Shown piece after piece: positions 36,147 through 45,544 of a stretch of 64,000 nt of DNA. Every line of letters starts with the position of its first letter. Positions within the stretch are counted from its first letter, which is position 1. Below the pieces are notes generated by a model. The model was not told the origin of the DNA. It was given only the letters and a program-made list of their open reading frames with translations, and did not search any database. The stretch covers positions 30,640 through 94,639 of the forward strand of contig JBEKJG010000006.1 of the NCBI GenBank assembly GCA_050011355.1. Direction: 5' to 3'. Both the position numbers and the translations under genes were made by a program. The DNA is from Thermoplasmata archaeon. GTDB lineage: Archaea > Thermoplasmatota > Thermoplasmata > Lutacidiplasmatales > UBA184.

Positions 36147-38267
36147 ATGGTCGCTGCACGGAGGACGCTCCCCGCGCCGCCCGAGCTCCAGAGCCGCTGG
36201 GCGGCCGTGCTGGAGGAGGCGGGTCTCCGTCCGGCCATCCTGGCCATTTCCGACGGATATCCGGAGCAGCGCTCGCTCGAGGTGCCGTTCTCCCTCCTGG
36301 ACGCTGCGGACACGAGCCTCGCCGACCTGCTCCTGGAACGTCCGGAGGAGGTGCTGGACGCGGGCCGCCGGGCGATGCGGGAGCTCCTCCCGGTGGCCGG
36401 ACCGGACGCCGACGGCCTCCGACTCCGCCCGTTCGGGCTCCCGCTCACGGCCCACCGGTCGATCCGGGAACTCCGGGAGAACGACCTGAACCATTTCGTC
36501 GCGCTCGACGGGATCGTCCGCCGGGTCACGGAGGTCCGACCCCAGATCCGGGACGCCGTCTTCCAGTGCGTCGCCTGCCGCGTGGAGTTCCACGAACCCC
36601 AGGATGACGCGTCGATGGTGTTCCGGGAACCGCTCGAATGCCCCGAGTCCCAGGGCGGATGCGGTCGACCCCAGGGACGGACACGGTTCCGCCTCCTTCC
36701 CGAGAAGTCGAGCTACGTCGACGCCCAGCGGATCGAGATCCAGGAGAACCCGGAGAACCTCCGCCGCGGGGCCCACCCGCAGGGGATCGCGGTCCTCCTC
36801 ACGGAGGACCTCACCGGACACGTGCTGCCGGGCAACCGGGTCGTCCTCAACGGAATCCTGAAGAGCTACCAGCGGGCCTCCCCCGGACGCGGAGGCGGCG
36901 CCGTTCGGAACACGACCTTCGACCTGCTGATGCTCGGCACCTCGGTCGAATCGAAGGTGATCGAGTACGACGAGATCGAGATCTCTCCCGAGGAGGAGGC
37001 GCTCATCCTCGCGTTCCGAGGCGACCCGACCGTCGTCGACAAGATCGTGCTCTCGCTCGCCCCCACCATCAAGGGGATGGAACAGGAGAAGGAGGCGATC
37101 GCGCTCCAGATGTTCGGAGGCCTCGAGAAGCGGCACTCGGACGGCGTCCGCACCCGGGGCGACATCCACACCCTCCTTGTGGGCGACCCCGGCACGGCGA
37201 AGAGCCAACTGCTGCGCTACGTGGCCGAGGTGGCGCCGCGCGCGATCTACACGAGCGGCAAGGGCGCCACCGCCGCGGGCCTGACGGCGGCGGCGGTCAA
37301 GGACGACTTCGCCGGCGGACGCTGGGTGCTCGAGGCCGGGATGCTGGTCCTGGCCGATGGCGGGATGGCCGTCATCGACGAGCTCGACAAGATGAGCCCC
37401 GAGGACCGCTCGGCGATGCACGAGGCCCTGGAGCAGGGCTCGGTGTCGATCTCGAAGGCCGGGATCGTCTCGACCTTGAACGCCCGGTGCCCCGTGCTCG
37501 CGGCCGCGAACCCGAAGTGGGGCCGGTTCAGCCCCGACCGGACGATCGCCGAGCAGATCGACCTGCCGCCGACCCTGCTCTCGCGCTTCGACGTCATCTT
37601 CTCCATCCAGGACCATCCGAACGCCGAGCGGGACCGGCGGATGGCCAACCACATCCTAGCGTCGCACCGGGAGGGGGAGGTCGCCGGACTGCCCGGTGGC
37701 TCGAACCTGGTGGAGACCGCGCCCTTCCCGACGGAGTTCCTCAAGAAGTACATCGCCTACGCCCGTCGGACCGTACGGCCCGTACTGACCGCCGGCGCCC
37801 TCGCGGAGCTCGAGGACTTCTACGTGAAGGTCCGGCGGCAGGGGGAGGAGCCGAACTCCCCCGTCCCCATCACCGCCCGCCAGCTGGAGGCGCTGGTGCG
37901 CCTGACCGAGGCGGCCGCCCGGGCGCGACTCTCCCCGGATGCCGACGTCGAGGACGCCCGTCGGGCCATCCAGATCATGGAGAACTTCCTCAAGCGGGTC
38001 TCCACGTCCGAGGACGGGAAGCTCGACATCGACCTCGCCCAGTCCGGCGTCAGCCACAGCCAGCGGGAGCGGCTCGACATCGTCATGCGCGTGATGCGCG
38101 AATTGCAGGAGGAGGGCGGCGGGACGTTCACGATGGAGATGTTCCGCGCCGCGACCGAGCGGGCGGGCATCGCGGGCCCGAAGGCCGAAGCGCTGCTCCT
38201 CTCCCTGCGGAACCAGGGCGAGGTCATCGAGCCCCGCGCGAACCAGTACCAGCTGGTCCGATTCTAG
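36147..38267 (+). CDS. mcm: MCM replicative helicase
   Basis: Zn motif CVACRVEF...CPESQGGC, Walker A LLVGDPGTAKSQLL, Walker B AVIDELDKM, arginine finger SRFDVIF, and a C-terminal wHTH. No intein. Confidence 0.9.
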   Translation: MVAARRTLPAPPELQSRWAAVLEEAGLRPAILAISDGYPEQRSLEVPFSLLDAADTSLADLLLERPEEVLDAGRRAMRELLPVAGPDADGLRLRPFGLPLTAHRSIRELRENDLNHFVALDGIVRRVTEVRPQIRDAVFQCVACRVEFHEPQDDASMVFREPLECPESQGGCGRPQGRTRFRLLPEKSSYVDAQRIEIQENPENLRRGAHPQGIAVLLTEDLTGHVLPGNRVVLNGILKSYQRASPGRGGGAVRNTTFDLLMLGTSVESKVIEYDEIEISPEEEALILAFRGDPTVVDKIVLSLAPTIKGMEQEKEAIALQMFGGLEKRHSDGVRTRGDIHTLLVGDPGTAKSQLLRYVAEVAPRAIYTSGKGATAAGLTAAAVKDDFAGGRWVLEAGMLVLADGGMAVIDELDKMSPEDRSAMHEALEQGSVSISKAGIVSTLNARCPVLAAANPKWGRFSPDRTIAEQIDLPPTLLSRFDVIFSIQDHPNAERDRRMANHILASHREGEVAGLPGGSNLVETAPFPTEFLKKYIAYARRTVRPVLTAGALAELEDFYVKVRRQGEEPNSPVPITARQLEALVRLTEAAARARLSPDADVEDARRAIQIMENFLKRVSTSEDGKLDIDLAQSGVSHSQRERLDIVMRVMRELQEEGGGTFTMEMFRAATERAGIAGPKAEALLLSLRNQGEVIEPRANQYQLVRF

Positions 38268-38359
38268 GGGCCCCCGGGGCAATCGTCCTATATCCCCGCT
38301 CGTCGCCTCTTCCCTGGAGGACTCTCGTGGCAGAAGCAACGACCGAGCCGGGATTCGTG

Positions 38360-38656
38360 ATGCGCGTCCATCGGGTGCGCACCGAGTTCGTGGTCGCCGC
38401 CTGCGACGCGGAGCTATTGGGACGCGAGCTTCCGATCGGGGACTCCGGACGGACGGTCAGCGTGACCTCCCACTTCTACGGCGAGCGCCGGGTCTCGCGG
38501 GAGGAGCTCCTCTGGGCGCTCCAGCGCGCGACGATCGCCAACCTGCTCGGCGAGCGGGTCACCCGCCTCGCCGAGGAGGCGGGGTACATCGAGCCCGGCG
38601 GTACCGGGGAGCTGGGCGGGGTCCCGCACGCCGAGATCTTCGCCATGATGGGGTGA
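38360..38656 (+). CDS. DUF424-family protein
   Basis: VAACDAELLGRELP...SHFYGERRVSREELLWALQRATIANLLGERV...GVPHAEIFAM. An alternative GTG start lies at 38327. This ORF is hidden in the tail of track ORF 36638..38656. Confidence 0.7.
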   Translation: MRVHRVRTEFVVAACDAELLGRELPIGDSGRTVSVTSHFYGERRVSREELLWALQRATIANLLGERVTRLAEEAGYIEPGGTGELGGVPHAEIFAMMG

Positions 38657-38665
38657 TCGGGGCCC

Positions 38666-39427
38666 ATGCCGTACGAGGAGTTCTGTGTGGTCTGCGGCAC
38701 GACCGGCCGAGCCCTGGTCGACGGGGTCTGCTCGGAATGCGCCGCCGACCGCGCCGTGCTCGCCTCGGCCCCCCAGCGGGTCGTGGTCACCATCTGCCCG
38801 ACCTGCGGCGCACGACCGGTCGGGATGCGCTGGGAGGGTGCGGGTTCGAGCTCGGTCCTCACCGCGACCGACCTGAGCCCCCACGTGAAGGTTCACCCCG
38901 AGGCGGGGCTCCGACGGGTCGACTGGGAGGAGGTCTCGTTCACGCCGACCGTCCGGGAGTTCGAGGGCCGGGCCCACGTCGGGTTCCGCGGCGCCGAACG
39001 GACCGTCGTGATCCCGATGTCGGTCCGGATCGACCACCGGACCTGCCCCGATTGCAGCCGGAAGAGCGGGAAATACTTCACCGCGACGATCCAGCTCCGG
39101 GGCCCGGCCGAGGGCCCGTTCGAAAAGACCCCCGTCCTGCGCGACCGCCTCGAGACCCAGTGGAACCGCCTCCTCAACGAGGCCCGCCCGGATTGGAAGC
39201 GCGCCGTCTCCTGGCTCGAGCCGCTCCCGGAGGGGTTCGACTGCTTCTTCACCGACACGCTCGCGGCCCGCGCGATGGCCCGGCTCGCCAAGCAGCGGTT
39301 CGGCGCGTCGCTGAAGGAATCCGCGACCCTGTTCGGGCGCAAGGACGGCCGGGACGTCTACCGGGTCACGTTCTGCCTCCGGTTCCCTCGTCCCCCAAAG
39401 CCGGCGCGCCCGTCCGTGGAACAGTAG
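38666..39427 (+). CDS. NMD3-family (60S subunit export/biogenesis factor homolog) protein
   Basis: Cys clusters CVVCG..10..CSEC, CPTCG and CPDC. RVTFCLRF end. Length is typical of archaeal NMD3. Confidence 0.7.
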   Translation: MPYEEFCVVCGTTGRALVDGVCSECAADRAVLASAPQRVVVTICPTCGARPVGMRWEGAGSSSVLTATDLSPHVKVHPEAGLRRVDWEEVSFTPTVREFEGRAHVGFRGAERTVVIPMSVRIDHRTCPDCSRKSGKYFTATIQLRGPAEGPFEKTPVLRDRLETQWNRLLNEARPDWKRAVSWLEPLPEGFDCFFTDTLAARAMARLAKQRFGASLKESATLFGRKDGRDVYRVTFCLRFPRPPKPARPSVEQ

Positions 39428-39450
39428 TCTTAAGAACCGAACCCTCCTCG

Positions 39451-39858
39451 ATGCCCCCGGTAGCGGGGCTCGCGTCCATGATGAAAAAGAGCGGTATTCT
39501 CCGGCGGCACCACGGTTCGGACACACTCGAAGAGGGGTCCTTCCTCGACCTCGGCGCCATGTCGTTCGAGGACGAGGCGGGTGCGCTCGCCGGCACCAAG
39601 GGGACGGTCCGCCTCGCCGAGATCCTTCGCTTCGAGGACCTCCACCAGATCTCGAAGCTCGCCTACCAGGGCGACATCGTGCTGCTCGACTACACGTCGA
39701 TCGCGAACGACCAGATCGCGGTCAAGCGGATGAGCATCGATCTCAAGAACGTCACCAAGGACACCGGCGGTGACGTGGCGGGGATCGCCAAGAACCTCAT
39801 CGCCATCACCCCCGCCGGCATTCGGATCGACCGGAACAAGATCCGGCCGTCGTTCTAG
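39451..39858 (+). CDS. sepF: SepF-like cell-division protein (DUF552)
   Basis: VRLAEILRFEDLHQISKLAYQGDIVLLDYTSIANDQIAVKRMSIDLKNVTKDTGGDVAGIAKNLIAITPAGIRI matches the SepF core pattern. Alternative ATG starts at 39478 and 39481. Confidence 0.7.
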   Translation: MPPVAGLASMMKKSGILRRHHGSDTLEEGSFLDLGAMSFEDEAGALAGTKGTVRLAEILRFEDLHQISKLAYQGDIVLLDYTSIANDQIAVKRMSIDLKNVTKDTGGDVAGIAKNLIAITPAGIRIDRNKIRPSF

Positions 39859-39875
39859 GTCCCGGGCTCGACCCC

Positions 39876-41402
39876 ATGAAGTTCGGCGTCGACCGTCGCG
39901 AAGCGACGTCGTCGTCCGCCGACGCCGTCGCCGTCGGGGTCTTCGAGGTCGAAGGGAAGGACGACCGGCTGCCCCCCTCCCTCGCCCTCGCCGACAAGGC
40001 CTCCGGCGGCCTCCTCTCCCCCGCGTGGAAACGCCGCGAGGTCCGCGGCAAGCGCGGAGAGCTCACGGTACTCCACCGACCGGACGGTCGGGGACGGATC
40101 CTGCTCGTCGGGCTCGGCGCGCACGCCCAGTTCACCGCCGACAGCGTCCGACGTGCCGCCGCCAGCGTGGTCCGAAGCCTCCGGGGCAAGGGCGCCCGGA
40201 CCCTCGCCTACCAGCTCGGGTCGTTCGTGGACGGGACGGTGACGGCCCCGCTCGCGGCCCGCGCGCTCGCCGACGGCTCGATACTGGGCGCGTACGAGTT
40301 CCTGCGCTACCGGACCTCCACCGAGGGCGGGGTCGAGGAGGCGTCGGTCCATCTCGGGGAGGAGCGGTCCGCCGAGGAGCGCAGCCTCACCTCGGACGTC
40401 GCGGAACAGACGATCATCGCCGAGAACGTCCTCTGGACGCGGGACATCGCGAACCTGCCGGCGGACACCGCCACCCCCGAACGCCTCGCCGAGGAGGCGC
40501 GGAGCCTCGGGAAAGCGCTCGGCATCAAGGTCACGGTCTTTGACGAGAAGCAGCTCGCCAAGATGGGCTGCGGAGGACTGCTCGCCGTCGGCGGTGGCTC
40601 GAGCCACCCGCCCCGGCTCGTCATCCTCGAGTACCCCGGCGGGACCCGACGCGGCCGCACGGTCGCGGTCGTCGGGAAGGGGATCACGTTCGATTCCGGG
40701 GGCATCTCGATCAAGCCCGCGCCCCGGATGTCCGAGATGAAGTTCGACAAGTCGGGGGCGGTCGCCGTCCTCGGCATCGTGCGCGCCGCGGCGACCCTCA
40801 AGGTCGCCCCGCGGGTCATCGGCGTGATGTGCTGCGCGGAGAACCTCCCGAGCGGCACGGCCTACCGGCCCGGCGACGTGGTCCGCACGTTCAACCAGAA
40901 GACGATCGAGATCCTCAACACGGACGCGGAGGGCCGCGTCGTGCTCGCCGACGGGCTCGGGTACGTCGTGGACACGTACCACCCCGACGAGGTGATCGAC
41001 CTGGCCACCCTCACCGGCGCGCAGGTCGTAGCCCTCGGGGACGACATGGCGGGACTCGTGACCCCGGAGGACCGCCTCGCGGAGGGCCTCCTCGCCGCCT
41101 CCGCGGCGACGGGCGAGCCGCTGTGGAGGATGCCGCTCACGGACACGCACCGCGAGATGGTGAAGAGCGAGCTCGCGGACGTGCGCAACTCGACCGAGAT
41201 CGCCGTGGGGGGCATGCTGACCGCCGCGGCGTTCCTCGAGACGTTCGTCGGGAAGACGCCCTGGGCCCACATCGACATGGCCGGCGTCTCCTGGGTCAAC
41301 CCCGTGACCCGGAAGTACCAGCCCTCGTACCAGAGCCTCGGCGCGACGGCCTACGGGGTCCGGCTGATCACGCGCTACCTGCAGGAACTCGGCCGCAGCT
41401 GA
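39876..41402 (+). CDS. pepA: Leucyl aminopeptidase (M17 family)
   Basis: VGKGITFDSGGISIKP and the signature NTDAEGRVVLADGL. Confidence 0.9.
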   Translation: MKFGVDRREATSSSADAVAVGVFEVEGKDDRLPPSLALADKASGGLLSPAWKRREVRGKRGELTVLHRPDGRGRILLVGLGAHAQFTADSVRRAAASVVRSLRGKGARTLAYQLGSFVDGTVTAPLAARALADGSILGAYEFLRYRTSTEGGVEEASVHLGEERSAEERSLTSDVAEQTIIAENVLWTRDIANLPADTATPERLAEEARSLGKALGIKVTVFDEKQLAKMGCGGLLAVGGGSSHPPRLVILEYPGGTRRGRTVAVVGKGITFDSGGISIKPAPRMSEMKFDKSGAVAVLGIVRAAATLKVAPRVIGVMCCAENLPSGTAYRPGDVVRTFNQKTIEILNTDAEGRVVLADGLGYVVDTYHPDEVIDLATLTGAQVVALGDDMAGLVTPEDRLAEGLLAASAATGEPLWRMPLTDTHREMVKSELADVRNSTEIAVGGMLTAAAFLETFVGKTPWAHIDMAGVSWVNPVTRKYQPSYQSLGATAYGVRLITRYLQELGRS

Positions 41403-41446
41403 GCCGCACCGGCCGCGCGTCGCGACCGCCGCACGAGTTTCGGTCG

Positions 41447-43927
41447 ATGGGCTTTATACACCGGACCCGAATCTGCGGGCCCGTGCTCTCCCACGGACCG
41501 ACCTCGGCTCTCGGTGCGCGAGGTTGGACCGTGGTCGTAACGATCGGGATCCTGCTCGCCATGACCCTCTCCGGGGCGAGCCCGACCGCCCGGGCGGTGA
41601 CCCCGCCCACCGTAGCAAGGGCCCCGGTCGCCTCGGCGGCCTCTCCGTCCCCGTCCGCGCTACCCCCGATCCGGGAGGGCCCGAACCCGGCGTCCGGCGG
41701 GACGTCCGCGTGGGTCAACATCACTCCCGCGAGCGGACCCAGCCCCCCCTGCGGGGGAGACCAGGCGCTGGCCTACGACCCCTTGCTGTGGGAGTTCGTC
41801 GCGTTCGGTGGGGTCATTCCGTGTTCTGGCCCAGGATTCGCGGGAGGCTCGACGTGGACCTTCTCCAACGGGACCTGGACCAACATCACCGCCAGCCTGC
41901 CCACCGCCCCGGCGCCCCGGTACGGAATGGCGATGGCCTACGATGCGGCCGACGGGTACATCGTCGCCTTCGGCGGCGCCACGTCGTCGGGCTCGGCGTA
42001 TGGGGACACGTGGACGTTCAACGGAACGTGGAACGACATCACGTCGAGCCAGACCGTCTCCCCGCCCGGGGTCTTCAATGCGGGCATCACCTACGACCCG
42101 GCCACCGGCTCCGTGATCCTGCTGGACGGTTCCACCGGCAGCGGGAATCCCAATGCCAACGGGACGTGGGCGTTCTCGGGAGGCCTTTGGGCGCAGGTCC
42201 CCGCGACGACGCTTCCGCCTCCGCTCCGATCTCCCGGCATGTTCTACGACCCCCTCACGTCGTCGATCCTCCTCTACGGCGGGGTCGGGGACGGCAGCAA
42301 CATCCTGGACGGGACGTGGAGCTACGCGGACGGGAACTGGACCCTGCTGACTCCGGCCACGTCCCCGCCGGCCGTGTTCGACGAAACGGCGTTCTTCGAC
42401 GGGGCCGGACAGCGCGCGATCCTCTATGGTGGGTACACGCTCCTTCCACCCGCCTACTCCCCCGTGGGCGGCACCTGGTCGTTCTCGAACGGGAATTGGA
42501 CCAACATCAGCTCTTCGATCGTCGGTTCTCCGCTCCCGCTCTCGTCGGCGCGGGCGGCGTGGGACCCGGCCCAGAACTGGACGATGGTCTTCGGCGGCCG
42601 AACCGACCAGGGCCTCTCGGACACGACCTGGGCGTTCCCCCAGTCGCCGGTCTGGGCCCTCGCTCCCCGGCTGACGACCTCCGCGACCTCCGTGGACCTC
42701 GGTCACTCGATCAACCTGACCGCCACACCGAACGGGGGGACGGGACCGTACACGTTCGTCTATACGGGCCTCCCCCCCGGATGCGGGAGTGCCAACTCAT
42801 CGACCCTGGCCTGCACCCCGACCGAGAACGGCACGTTCCCTGTGATGGTGAACGTCACCGACTCCACCGACCGTTCGGGGAGCGCGGAGGTCTCCCTCGT
42901 CGTGAACCCCGCCCTCGGCCTGTCGCTGAGTGTTTCGGCGACGCTCGTCGAGCCGGGGCAGAACGTGACCTTCCGGGCGACCGCGACCGGTGGGGCCGGG
43001 GGCAACGTGTACGAATTTCAGCCCACCACCCCGGACTGCCGTCAGTTCGTGTCCACCTTCGTATGCGACTCGTCCGCGCCGAGGACGTACAATGTCTCGG
43101 CTACGGTCGAGGACCTTCTCGGCGTGTCTGCCGACGCGGGGCCGATCACGGCGACCGTCCTGGCTGCGCTCACCGCCCAGCTCTCCGCGTCGGACAAGAT
43201 CGTGGACGTGGGCCAGAGCATCAATGTCTCGGTCGACGCCCTCGGCGGCACCGGCACCTACACCGTGAGCTACGCCGGCCTTCCGACCGGCTGTGCGACC
43301 GCCAATCTCACCACCTTGTCGTGTGCGCCGGACGCGCCCGGGAACTTCTCGGTGGTCGCCCACGTGCAGGACACCCTGGGGGCGAGCGCGCTCACGGCCG
43401 TCCTCCCGATCGGGGTGTATCCGACCCTGGTGGCCTCGTTCGTCACCCCATCTCCGCACCTGGTGGTCGGAACCGATTTCGACATGAACGCGACCGTTTC
43501 CGGCGGGGCCCCTCCGTTGCTCCTGACCTGGACCGGCCTTCCGGCGGGCTGCGACGGGGTCGGTGAGGAGCTCCGGTGCCTACCCACAACGCCGGGAACG
43601 TACTCCGTCCATCTGTCCGTGCTCGACCGGACCGGCGCGAGCGTCGAAGCGAACGCGACCGTGGAGGTCGCAGCGGCCCCGTCGCAGCCGTCGACCTCCA
43701 ACTCCCCGAGCCTGTTCTCGGACCCTCTCCTCTGGATCGCCCTGGTGGTCGTGGGTGCGGCGGTCGTCGTGGGGCTGGTCCTCCTGCTCCGCCGACGCCC
43801 ACCGCCCCCCGCGCCCGTGTCGCCGGTCGCGGCGACCGGACCTTCCGGAAGCTCCGGAGCTACCCCGACCGCGTCCTCTCCGGACGGATCCGGATGGGTC
43901 GTCCGCGGGGGTCCTCCGCCCGGCTGA
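41447..43927 (+). CDS. Surface protein: Kelch-type beta-propeller, four He_PIG-like Ig modules and a C-terminal TM anchor
   Basis: Signal-like WTVVVTIGILLAMTLSGASPTARA. Kelch-like blades (MAYDAADGYIVAFGG...GDTWTF, MFYDPLTSSILLYGG...DGTWSY). Four modules of the type GGTGPYTFVYTGLPPGC...LACTP..NGTFPVMVNVTD. TM LLWIALVVVGAAVVVGLVLLL followed by RRR. The 5' 200 codons of track ORF 40829..43927 are read-through over pepA. The start may be GTG 41483. Confidence 0.8.
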   Translation: MGFIHRTRICGPVLSHGPTSALGARGWTVVVTIGILLAMTLSGASPTARAVTPPTVARAPVASAASPSPSALPPIREGPNPASGGTSAWVNITPASGPSPPCGGDQALAYDPLLWEFVAFGGVIPCSGPGFAGGSTWTFSNGTWTNITASLPTAPAPRYGMAMAYDAADGYIVAFGGATSSGSAYGDTWTFNGTWNDITSSQTVSPPGVFNAGITYDPATGSVILLDGSTGSGNPNANGTWAFSGGLWAQVPATTLPPPLRSPGMFYDPLTSSILLYGGVGDGSNILDGTWSYADGNWTLLTPATSPPAVFDETAFFDGAGQRAILYGGYTLLPPAYSPVGGTWSFSNGNWTNISSSIVGSPLPLSSARAAWDPAQNWTMVFGGRTDQGLSDTTWAFPQSPVWALAPRLTTSATSVDLGHSINLTATPNGGTGPYTFVYTGLPPGCGSANSSTLACTPTENGTFPVMVNVTDSTDRSGSAEVSLVVNPALGLSLSVSATLVEPGQNVTFRATATGGAGGNVYEFQPTTPDCRQFVSTFVCDSSAPRTYNVSATVEDLLGVSADAGPITATVLAALTAQLSASDKIVDVGQSINVSVDALGGTGTYTVSYAGLPTGCATANLTTLSCAPDAPGNFSVVAHVQDTLGASALTAVLPIGVYPTLVASFVTPSPHLVVGTDFDMNATVSGGAPPLLLTWTGLPAGCDGVGEELRCLPTTPGTYSVHLSVLDRTGASVEANATVEVAAAPSQPSTSNSPSLFSDPLLWIALVVVGAAVVVGLVLLLRRRPPPPAPVSPVAATGPSGSSGATPTASSPDGSGWVVRGGPPPG
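41453..41458 (+). promoter_or_regulatory. TATA box (TTTATA) 28 nt upstream of the in-frame GTG at 41483
   Basis: It lies inside the first codons of the ATG-41447 gene model, which argues for a leaderless start at GTG 41483. Confidence 0.45.
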
Positions 43928-43952
43928 GTTGCGGGCGGGAACGGGGCCGGCG

Positions 43953-45401
43953 CTAGGCGGCCACGATCTGGACGCTCTCGCCGCCGTGCCGGGTGGCGCG
44001 CGGCCGGACCTCGCAGAACAGGGGCGTGTGGTACCCCCCGCCCGTCACGAGCGCGACGCCGACCGGCAGGGACTGGATCATGTCGGTCATGCCGGGCGTG
44101 AGTCCCTCGATCGACTGGGCGATCGCCTTGAGGTCGAGCGGGTTCGTGACCTGCAGGATCAGCTGCGTGTTGCACTGGGAGAGGACGGTCTTGTCGATCC
44201 GTGCCGCTCGCTGGGTCACCGCGCACAGGCCGAGTCCGAACTTCCGGCCCTCGCTCGCGATGTTCTTCAGGATGCGCGAGCAGGTGGCGCTGCCCTGCTG
44301 CGGGGCGAAGTTGTGCGCCTCCTCGATCACGAGGAACAGCGGGGGGATCTTGTTCTTCTTCCGGTTCTCGAAGAGGGTCGTGGAGATCCGGGCCACCACG
44401 AGCTCCTGAACGTCGGGAGCGACCCCGCGGAGGTTGATCAGCGTCGCTTCGCCGAGCTTCACCAGCTCGTTGAGGCTCGTCCCCTTGGGGCCGAGCAGCT
44501 TGGTCTGTTCCACGTACTCGAGCCGCTCGTGGAGCGTCTCCGCGACGGCCCCCTCGCCCGTCGCCGCGGCCCGGACGAGGTCCTGGACGGAGAAGTCGGG
44601 GTTCGTCGTGGCGACGTTCTCGATGATCTGCTTGAGCGGCGCGAGGAACGTCTTGATGTTCGTAAGGCCCATGAATACGAGCAGGTCCCGCGGGTCGGTG
44701 CTCCGGAGGCTGAACGTGAGCGGCTTCGCGGAGGGGTTCAGGCTGACGTCGGGCGAGTACTCCTGGATCTGGCGGGCGAAGCCCTGCGACTCCACGCCGA
44801 ACCGCGCGTGCCCCCCATTCTTCTCGGCGGGAACGCGCAGCGAGCCGTACTCGCCGTGGGGGTCGATGATGACGCACGTGACCTTGTGGCGGAGCAGCTC
44901 CTCGATGAGGACGCCGAGCAGGTAGCTCTTCCCGCCGCCGGTCTTCGCGAGGACGCTGACGTGGCGCTGGACGAGCTGGTTGATGTCCAGCTCGACCCGG
45001 AGGTTGTGGTTCCGGAGCATGCCGACGTACGCCCCGCTGTTCGCGCGGTGCTTCAGGCCCAGCACCTCCGCGATGAGCGGCTCCTCGGCCAGGAAGACGT
45101 GCGCCCCGGGGCGGAAGGGGATGGAGGGGATCTTCACGAGCCCCTGCTCGTCCCGGTATCCGACGATCCGCGCGGCCCCGAGCAGGCTCTCGTGGATCGC
45201 GCCCTCGTCCGTCGGCTGCATCGCGCCGGCGTGCTCGAGGTCGAGGTCGCTCTTCCGTTTCAGGTCGTCCAGCTGGCAGAGGACCTTGCCGTGGATCTCG
45301 TCGATGACCGTGAGGTAGTCGCCGCGCTCGACCGGGTGGGAGAGGCTCAGCTGGAACTGGCCGAGGCCGACGTCGCCGAAGATGCGGCCGACCTCCTCCA
45401 C
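43953..45401 (-). CDS. herA: HerA-like (DUF87) FtsK/HerA-superfamily ATPase
   Basis: N-terminal HAS-barrel-like region, Walker A VLAKTGGGKSYLLGVL, IIDPHGEY, and Walker B LFLVIEEAHNFAP. No NurA, Mre11 or Rad50 gene is adjacent. Confidence 0.75.
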   Translation of the reverse strand: MEEVGRIFGDVGLGQFQLSLSHPVERGDYLTVIDEIHGKVLCQLDDLKRKSDLDLEHAGAMQPTDEGAIHESLLGAARIVGYRDEQGLVKIPSIPFRPGAHVFLAEEPLIAEVLGLKHRANSGAYVGMLRNHNLRVELDINQLVQRHVSVLAKTGGGKSYLLGVLIEELLRHKVTCVIIDPHGEYGSLRVPAEKNGGHARFGVESQGFARQIQEYSPDVSLNPSAKPLTFSLRSTDPRDLLVFMGLTNIKTFLAPLKQIIENVATTNPDFSVQDLVRAAATGEGAVAETLHERLEYVEQTKLLGPKGTSLNELVKLGEATLINLRGVAPDVQELVVARISTTLFENRKKNKIPPLFLVIEEAHNFAPQQGSATCSRILKNIASEGRKFGLGLCAVTQRAARIDKTVLSQCNTQLILQVTNPLDLKAIAQSIEGLTPGMTDMIQSLPVGVALVTGGGYHTPLFCEVRPRATRHGGESVQIVAA

Positions 45402-45544
45402 GGGTCGATTGAGCCGGGGGGTCGGATATTAGTGTGACGCGGGAGACGCAATCGGGTTCCTCCGGCCGCCGGAAGTCTTTATATCACGCGGGTCGGTGGA
45501 AACTCTGCCCCCGACCGGGATAGGTCACGGCGGGGCGCAGGCCA

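Noticed and set aside
39478-39484. ATGATGA C-box-like motif (a similar motif lies at 46896). This could be a C/D box sRNA.
   Set aside because: No CTGA D or D' box occurs within the next ~70 nt, and the motif is explained by tandem Met codons at the sepF start.
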